This document shows, in pieces, positions 58,286 through 64,000 of a stretch of DNA of 64,000 bases. The stretch's first letter is position 1. Each line of letters opens with the position of its first letter. Source of the DNA: Escherichia phage HY03. The stretch lies in sequence record NC_031047.1; one strand, 5' to 3'. Under the pieces are notes generated by a model. The model ran no database searches and had not been told where the DNA came from. It worked only from the letters and a program-made list of their open reading frames with translations. The translations under genes and the position numbers were made by a program.

Positions 58286-60463
58286 ATGATTATCACCACT
58301 GAAAAAGAAACAATTCTTGGTAATGGTTCTAAATCAAAAGCATTTAGCATCACAGCATCTCCTAAAGTATTTAAAATTCTGTCATCTGATTTGTATACAA
58401 ACAAAATTCGCGCAGTAGTCCGTGAATTAATTACTAACATGATTGATGCTCATGCACTTAATGGAAATCCTGAAAAATTTATTATACAAGTTCCTGGACG
58501 TTTAGACCCACGATTTGTTTGTCGAGATTTTGGTCCGGGTATGAGTGATTTTGATATTCAAGGTGATGATAATTCTCCTGGTCTGTATAATTCATACTTC
58601 AGTTCATCTAAGGCTGAATCTAACGATTTCATTGGCGGATTTGGTTTAGGTTCTAAATCTCCATTTAGTTATACTGATACATTTAGTATTACTTCGTATC
58701 ATAAAGGTGAAATTCGTGGTTATGTAGCTTACATGGATGGTGATGGTCCACAGATTAAACCTACATTCGTAAAAGAAATGGGTCCAGATGATAAAACTGG
58801 TATTGAAATCGTAGTTCCAGTTGAAGAAAAAGACTTTAGAAACTTTGCTTATGAAGTTTCTTATATCATGCGACCGTTCAAAGATTTGGCTATCATTAAT
58901 GGTCTTGACCGCGAAATTGATTATTTTCCGGATTTTGATGACTATTACGGTGTAAATCCAGAAAGATACTGGCCAGATCGTGGTGGATTGTATGCTATCT
59001 ATGGTGGTATTGTTTATCCTATTGATGGTGTTATTAGAGACCGTAACTGGCTAAGCATTCGCAATGAAGTGAATTACATTAAGTTTCCAATGGGTTCACT
59101 TGATATTGCTCCATCACGTGAAGCTCTTTCATTGGATGATCGTACTCGTAAAAATATTATTGAACGAGTTAAAGAGCTTAGTGAGAAAGCATTTAATGAA
59201 GATGTAAAACGATTTAAAGAATCTACATCTCCTCGTCACACATACCGTGAATTGATGAAGATGGGGTATTCTGCTCGAGATTATATGATTAGTAATTCAG
59301 TCAAATTCACGACTAAAAATCTGTCATATAAAAAGATGCAGAGCATGTTTGAACCTGACAGTAAGTTATGCAATGCAGGGGTTGTGTATGAAGTAAATCT
59401 TGACCCTCGACTGAAACGCATTAAGCAAAGTCATGAAACTTCAGCCGTCGCATCAAGTTATCGTCTGTTTGGTATTAATACAACAAAAATTAATATCGTT
59501 ATTGATGATATTAAAAATCGTGTTAATATTGTTCGTGGATTAGCACATGCGTTAGATGATAGTGAATTTAATAACACTTTAAATATTCATCACAATGAGC
59601 GTCTTCTGTTTATTAATCCAGAAGTAGAATCGCAGATTGATTTACTCCCTGATATTATGGCGATGTTTGAAAGTGATGAAGTTAACATTCATTATTTGTC
59701 AGAAATCGAAGCTTTAGTTAAAAGCTATATTCCAAAGGTAGTTAAAAGTAAAGCTCCTCGTCCTAAAGCTGCTACAGCATTTAAGTTTGAAATTAAAGAC
59801 GGGCGCTGGGAAAAAGAGGAATTATTTACGCTCACATCAGAAGCAGATGAAATTACTGGTTATGTAGCGTATATGCATCGTTCTGATATTTTCTCTATGG
59901 ATGGTACTACATCTCTTTGTCATCCATCTATGAATATTTTGATTCGTATGGCTAATCTTATTGGCATTAATGAATTTTATGTTATTCGTCCGCTTTTACA
60001 GAAAAAGGTAAAAGAACTCGGTCAGTGCCAATGTATTTTTGAAACTTTGCGTGATTTATATGTAGATGCTTTTGATGATGTAGATTATGATAAGTACGTA
60101 GGTTATTCAAGTTCAGCTCAACGATATATTGATAAAATTATCAAGTATCCTGAGTTAGATTTTATGATGAAGTACTTCAGTACAGATGAAGTTTCTGAAG
60201 AATATACACGACTCGCTAATATAGTTAGTTCATTGCGCGGTGTATATTTTAATGGTGGAAAAGATACCATTGGTCATGACATCTGGACAGTAACTAATCT
60301 TTTTGATGTATTATCAAATAATGCTTCAAAAAACAGTGATAAAATGGTTGCTGAGTTTACCAAGAAATTCCGCATTGTTTCCGACTTCATCGGTTATCGC
60401 AACTCTTTAAGTGATGATGAAGTTTCTCAAATCGCTAAAACTATGAAGGCCCTTGCGGCCTAA
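58286..60463 (+). CDS. rIIA: rIIA membrane-associated protein
   Basis: 725 aa; GHKL-like N-terminal ATPase motifs; matches T4 rIIA. Confidence 0.9.
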   Translation: MIITTEKETILGNGSKSKAFSITASPKVFKILSSDLYTNKIRAVVRELITNMIDAHALNGNPEKFIIQVPGRLDPRFVCRDFGPGMSDFDIQGDDNSPGLYNSYFSSSKAESNDFIGGFGLGSKSPFSYTDTFSITSYHKGEIRGYVAYMDGDGPQIKPTFVKEMGPDDKTGIEIVVPVEEKDFRNFAYEVSYIMRPFKDLAIINGLDREIDYFPDFDDYYGVNPERYWPDRGGLYAIYGGIVYPIDGVIRDRNWLSIRNEVNYIKFPMGSLDIAPSREALSLDDRTRKNIIERVKELSEKAFNEDVKRFKESTSPRHTYRELMKMGYSARDYMISNSVKFTTKNLSYKKMQSMFEPDSKLCNAGVVYEVNLDPRLKRIKQSHETSAVASSYRLFGINTTKINIVIDDIKNRVNIVRGLAHALDDSEFNNTLNIHHNERLLFINPEVESQIDLLPDIMAMFESDEVNIHYLSEIEALVKSYIPKVVKSKAPRPKAATAFKFEIKDGRWEKEELFTLTSEADEITGYVAYMHRSDIFSMDGTTSLCHPSMNILIRMANLIGINEFYVIRPLLQKKVKELGQCQCIFETLRDLYVDAFDDVDYDKYVGYSSSAQRYIDKIIKYPELDFMMKYFSTDEVSEEYTRLANIVSSLRGVYFNGGKDTIGHDIWTVTNLFDVLSNNASKNSDKMVAEFTKKFRIVSDFIGYRNSLSDDEVSQIAKTMKALAA

Positions 60464-60474
60464 TAAGGAAAATT

Positions 60475-61413
60475 ATGTACAATATTAAATGCCTGACCAA
60501 AAACGAACAAGCTGAAATTGTTAAACTGTATTCAAGCGGTAATTATACCCAACAGGAATTGGCTGATTGGCAAGGTGTATCGGTTGACACAATCCGTCGT
60601 GTTTTGAAAAATGCTGAAGAAGCTAAACACCCTAAAGTTACTATTAGCGGTGACATTACAGTTGAAGTTAAGAGTGATGTAGCTATTGCTCCAGTTGCTA
60701 AATCTGACATTATTTGGAATGCATCTAAAAAATTCATTTCAATTACTGTTGACGGTGTAACTTATAACGCAACTCCTAATACTCATTCAAACTTCCAGGA
60801 AATTCTTAATCTGCTTGTAGCGGATAAGCTGGAAGAAGCAGCACAAAAAATTAATGTTCGTCGCGCCGTTGAAAAATATATTTCCGGCGATGTTCGAATT
60901 GAAGGTGGAAGCTTGTTCTATCAAAATATCGAATTGCGGTCTGGTTTGGTTGATCGTATTCTTGACTCGATGGAAAAAGGCGAAAACTTTGAATTTTATT
61001 TTCCGTTCTTGGAAAATCTGCTGGAAAACCCAAGCCAAAAAGCGGTATCTCGACTCTTTGATTTCTTGGTAGCAAACGATATTGAAATTACAGAAGATGG
61101 TTACTTCTATGCTTGGAAAGTAGTTCGCAGCAATTACTTTGACTGTCACTCAAACACCTTTGATAACAGTCCTGGTAAAGTAGTTAAAATGCCACGTACT
61201 CGTGTGAATGACGATGATACACAAACTTGTTCTCGTGGTCTGCATGTGTGTTCTAAATCTTATATTCGTCACTTTGGCAGTTCAACCAGTCGAGTTGTAA
61301 AAGTTAAAGTACATCCGCGTGATGTAGTATCAATTCCGATTGATTACAACGATGCTAAAATGCGTACCTGCCAATACGAAGTAGTTGAAGACGTTACTGA
61401 ACAATTTAGATAA
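60475..61413 (+). CDS. rIIB: rIIB protein
   Basis: 312 aa; initiation region GGAAAATTATGTACAAT as in T4 rIIB. Confidence 0.9.
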   Translation: MYNIKCLTKNEQAEIVKLYSSGNYTQQELADWQGVSVDTIRRVLKNAEEAKHPKVTISGDITVEVKSDVAIAPVAKSDIIWNASKKFISITVDGVTYNATPNTHSNFQEILNLLVADKLEEAAQKINVRRAVEKYISGDVRIEGGSLFYQNIELRSGLVDRILDSMEKGENFEFYFPFLENLLENPSQKAVSRLFDFLVANDIEITEDGYFYAWKVVRSNYFDCHSNTFDNSPGKVVKMPRTRVNDDDTQTCSRGLHVCSKSYIRHFGSSTSRVVKVKVHPRDVVSIPIDYNDAKMRTCQYEVVEDVTEQFR

Positions 61414-61429
61414 GGGCTTCGGCCCTTAT
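61410..61429 (+). other. UUCG-tetraloop stem-loop
   Basis: ATAAGGGC-TTCG-GCCCTTAT overlapping rIIB stop; no U-run. Confidence 0.5.
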
Positions 61430-61445
61430 CACATTAAGGAAAATT

Positions 61446-61640
61446 ATGTTAGGTTATCAAGCACGAGTAAAAGAAGAATACGACCAATTAATGCTCAAAA
61501 TTAATGCACTGAGCAAATTTTTAGAAAGTACAAAGTTTCTAACGATTAATGAAGTTGAGCAAGAACTGTTGTTTTCGCAGTTTATCTCAATGAAATCTTA
61601 TGCAGAGTGTTTAGAGAAAAGAATCGCACAATTCAAATAA
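61446..61640 (+). CDS. hypothetical protein
   Basis: 64-aa ORF. Confidence 0.5.
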   Translation: MLGYQARVKEEYDQLMLKINALSKFLESTKFLTINEVEQELLFSQFISMKSYAECLEKRIAQFK

Positions 61641-61643
61641 AGT

Positions 61644-61667
61644 AAAGGGCTTCGGCCCTTTTGTTTT
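61644..61667 (+). terminator. rho-independent terminator
   Basis: AAAGGGC-TTCG-GCCCTTT followed by TGTTTT. Confidence 0.75.
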
Positions 61668-61726
61668 AAGAGAAACTATGATTTATTATATGAATATCAG
61701 TGATTCCGACGTAAAAGGAAAGTTTA

Positions 61727-62284
61727 ATGCAGAAAACGAATCCGGGTTTACAGAGACTATTTCAGATTCCGACATTTACCCTATCGAACAGTGACTTGAC
61801 TAGTGAAATGAAGGTCAAAATTGCTGATACTGCAAGATACTCTTTAAAACAAAACCCGAACCAGGATAAAGCAGAAGTTATTGAAAGATGCCGTATCGCG
61901 GTGTACGCAGAGTTTTTTGTAGCAGATTGGCTAAGCGGGTATGTTAACAAAGGTCAAGAAGATGTCGATGATCCGTACACATATGCATGGGATGTATTGG
62001 CGCATCCAAGATACTGCGGGCTTCGTGTAGAAGTTAAGACACACCAAACTGACTCACGTTGGATTTCTGTAACAACAGGATGCAGCGGAGAGTATCCATA
62101 CGGTTCTGGAATAAATCTAGGGCCCATTCTGAATCATCAGGTCGCTGACTGTATAATTATATTCAACACTAAAGAAATTCATCCAGGTGTCATCCAGTAC
62201 ACTCCGAAGTTCATCGGTGATAGAGAAGACCTTCGTAAGGTTGTAAGAAAAAGCAACTACAACGGATGGTATCTTTCCATTTAA
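61727..62284 (+). CDS. denB: endonuclease IV (DenB)-like protein
   Basis: 185 aa between rIIB and ndd; size and synteny. Confidence 0.6.
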   Translation: MQKTNPGLQRLFQIPTFTLSNSDLTSEMKVKIADTARYSLKQNPNQDKAEVIERCRIAVYAEFFVADWLSGYVNKGQEDVDDPYTYAWDVLAHPRYCGLRVEVKTHQTDSRWISVTTGCSGEYPYGSGINLGPILNHQVADCIIIFNTKEIHPGVIQYTPKFIGDREDLRKVVRKSNYNGWYLSI

Positions 62285-62300
62285 AAATTTTCACAAAACA

Positions 62301-62330
62301 GTTTACATACCACAAGGACTGTGGTACTAT
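62301..62330 (+). promoter_or_regulatory. T4 early promoter with UP region
   Basis: GTTTAC, 18 nt, TACTAT. Confidence 0.75.
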
Positions 62331-62357
62331 ACAACTATCAGCTACGGAGGAGTAAAA

Positions 62358-62621
62358 ATGAAATTTAAATTCTTTTATGTTAAACATAAAATCACAGGTG
62401 AATTTGTTTATGTACAATATTCTGAAATTGACGATGCAACATCATTTATTTCATTGGGATTGTCTAAATATGAATCAGACCAACCATATCTTACTGATAA
62501 ATTGCAACAAGAGCGTTTGTTGAATGGTGATTTAAACAATTCTTGGGAAGTTCTTATTTACGATGATTTAAAGAAAGCTATTAAAGAAAATAATCTTGAA
62601 ATCATTGAGATTGAACTATGA
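62358..62621 (+). CDS. hypothetical protein
   Basis: 87 aa; GGAGGAG RBS. Confidence 0.5.
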   Translation: MKFKFFYVKHKITGEFVYVQYSEIDDATSFISLGLSKYESDQPYLTDKLQQERLLNGDLNNSWEVLIYDDLKKAIKENNLEIIEIEL

Positions 62622-62806
62622 GTTCATTATGGTGGTGTTTTGTTTGGTTAATTAGTATTCCAATAATTTGTTTAACATTTACTTTTGTGATGAGGTTATT
62701 ATGAAAATTTTGAATTCTGTACTTATTGCGTGTGCGTGGTGGGTTGCGCAAGTTTCGGCGGTAGTAGTTGGTATTCACATTTATTACGAATATTTTTAAA
62801 AAAGTT

Positions 62807-62836
62807 GTTTACAAGACTGTTCCTCTGTGGTATTAT
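62807..62836 (+). promoter_or_regulatory. T4 early promoter
   Basis: GTTTAC, 18 nt, TATTAT; duplicate of the 6940 module. Confidence 0.7.
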
Positions 62837-62864
62837 TATCCTATCAACTACGGAGGAACAGAAA

Positions 62865-62978
62865 ATGAAAAAGATTATTAAAGCTATATGGAATGTAGTT
62901 ATAATACTAGTAGTTTTGAGTATATTCCCAATCGTTTTAATGATTGATGTATTAAACGCTTACTTTGGATTTATGTGA
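62865..62978 (+). CDS. hypothetical small membrane protein
   Basis: 37-aa hydrophobic ORF after GGAGGA RBS. Confidence 0.35.
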   Translation: MKKIIKAIWNVVIILVVLSIFPIVLMIDVLNAYFGFM

Positions 62979-62985
62979 GGAAAAT

Positions 62986-63183
62986 ATGAAGCGTAAACGC
63001 AGTGCTTTTACATTTATGGAATGGTTTTTCGATAATATTTTTCCGGCTTTATTCATTTTCATGTTGATTTTCGCCTTGGGTTCAGTTGTAGTTGGAATCT
63101 ATTTGATGACAGTAGTCGGAATTGATATTCATCAAAATGGTTTAAAATCTGTGGTTGAAACAATTTGGAATGGTGTAAAATGA
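62986..63183 (+). CDS. hypothetical membrane protein
   Basis: 65 aa from ATG after GAGGAAAAT; hydrophobic core. Confidence 0.45.
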   Translation: MKRKRSAFTFMEWFFDNIFPALFIFMLIFALGSVVVGIYLMTVVGIDIHQNGLKSVVETIWNGVK

Positions 63184-63298
63184 TGAATTTACTAAACATT
63201 TGGTTTTATATTCTTATGTTTTACATTGGTGCAAATTTCCCATATTGGATGGGATGGTCAACAACTGCATTTGGATTTTATACTCCCTGAGGTGAATT

Positions 63299-63514
63299 AT
63301 GAAAATTTTTAAAGATGTAAAAGTTGGTGAAATTTTCTGTTTAGATAACGGTGATCAGTTAATTCGTATTTCACCTCTTAAGAGCACTAACGAGAAACCG
63401 ACAGTTAATGCTACTTTAGCAAATAACAGTAATGAACGTTTCTGTATTGAAAATGATACTGAAACTTATACCGTAGAAGAATTCTGGGAATTGAGCGTCG
63501 ACTGCGACGAGTAA
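63299..63514 (+). CDS. hypothetical protein
   Basis: 71-aa ORF. Confidence 0.5.
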   Translation: MKIFKDVKVGEIFCLDNGDQLIRISPLKSTNEKPTVNATLANNSNERFCIENDTETYTVEEFWELSVDCDE

Positions 63515-63574
63515 TTTAATGGCCGTGTGTATTCATGCGGCCTTGGAGTAGAAAATAATTTAGAGGAAATTAAT

Positions 63575-64000
63575 ATGAAATATATGACTGTTACTGATCT
63601 GAATAATGCAGGCGCAACTGTTATTGGTACAATCAAGAACGGTGAATGGTTTTTGGGAGTTCCACATAAAGATATTTTATCTAAACCTGGATTTTACTTT
63701 TTAGTAAGTAAATTAGATGGTCGTCCATTTAGTAATCCATGTGTGTCTGCACGATTTTATGTAGGTAATCAGCGTTCTAAGCAAGGATTCAGTGCGGTTT
63801 TAAGTCATATTCGCCAGCGTCGATCTCAGCTTGCGCGTACTATTGCAAATAACAATGTTCCATACACGGTATTTTATCTACCTGCTTCTAAGATGAAACC
63901 TCTGACGACGGGATTTGGAAAAGGTCAGTTAGCTTTAGCGTTTACTCGTAATCATCATTCTGAGTATCAAACGCTTGAAGAAATGAATCGTATGTTGGCT
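63575..64000 (+). CDS. ndd: nucleoid disruption protein Ndd (3-prime end beyond window)
   Basis: [18 protein letters not shown]... matches recalled T4 Ndd N-terminus; runs off the window. Confidence 0.8.
   Translation, partial: MKYMTVTDLNNAGATVIGTIKNGEWFLGVPHKDILSKPGFYFLVSKLDGRPFSNPCVSARFYVGNQRSKQGFSAVLSHIRQRRSQLARTIANNNVPYTVFYLPASKMKPLTTGFGKGQLALAFTRNHHSEYQTLEEMNRMLA

Overview
This window reads as a gene-dense early/middle region of a T4-like (T-even, Tequatrovirus-type) phage, with essentially every gene on the + strand. Order recognised from the translations and synteny: vs.1/vs, tk, rI, a block of small ORFs, nrdC, gene 49, nrdD (interrupted by a group I intron carrying I-TevII), a segH-like GIY-YIG endonuclease, nrdG, nrdH, gene 55, alpha-gt, 47, 46, rpbA, 45, 44, 62, regA, 43, imm, 42, a GIY-YIG endonuclease plus glycosyltransferase cassette, uvsX, 40, 41, dmd, sp, 61, dam, 56, soc, modB/modA, srd, dda, dexA, motB, cef, 39, mobA, 60 (with the 50-nt translational bypass), rIIA, rIIB, denB and the start of ndd. 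About 19 early promoters (GTTTAC, 18-nt spacer, TACTAT/TATAAT), several MotA-box middle promoters, two TATAAATA late promoters and a family of UUCG-tetraloop hairpins are visible. The most striking feature is that uvsX is broken into two separately initiated ORFs by a split (fractured) intein with a free-standing GIY-YIG homing endonuclease gene between the halves. The window also differs from canonical T4 at the beta-gt position and at the mobC position, and carries five homing endonuclease genes in 64 kb. No tRNA, rRNA or CRISPR array was recognised. All assignments rest on reading the six-frame translations and on recalled T4 biology; no database search was run. Non-ORF coordinates are anchored to ORF ends and may be off by 1-3 nt.
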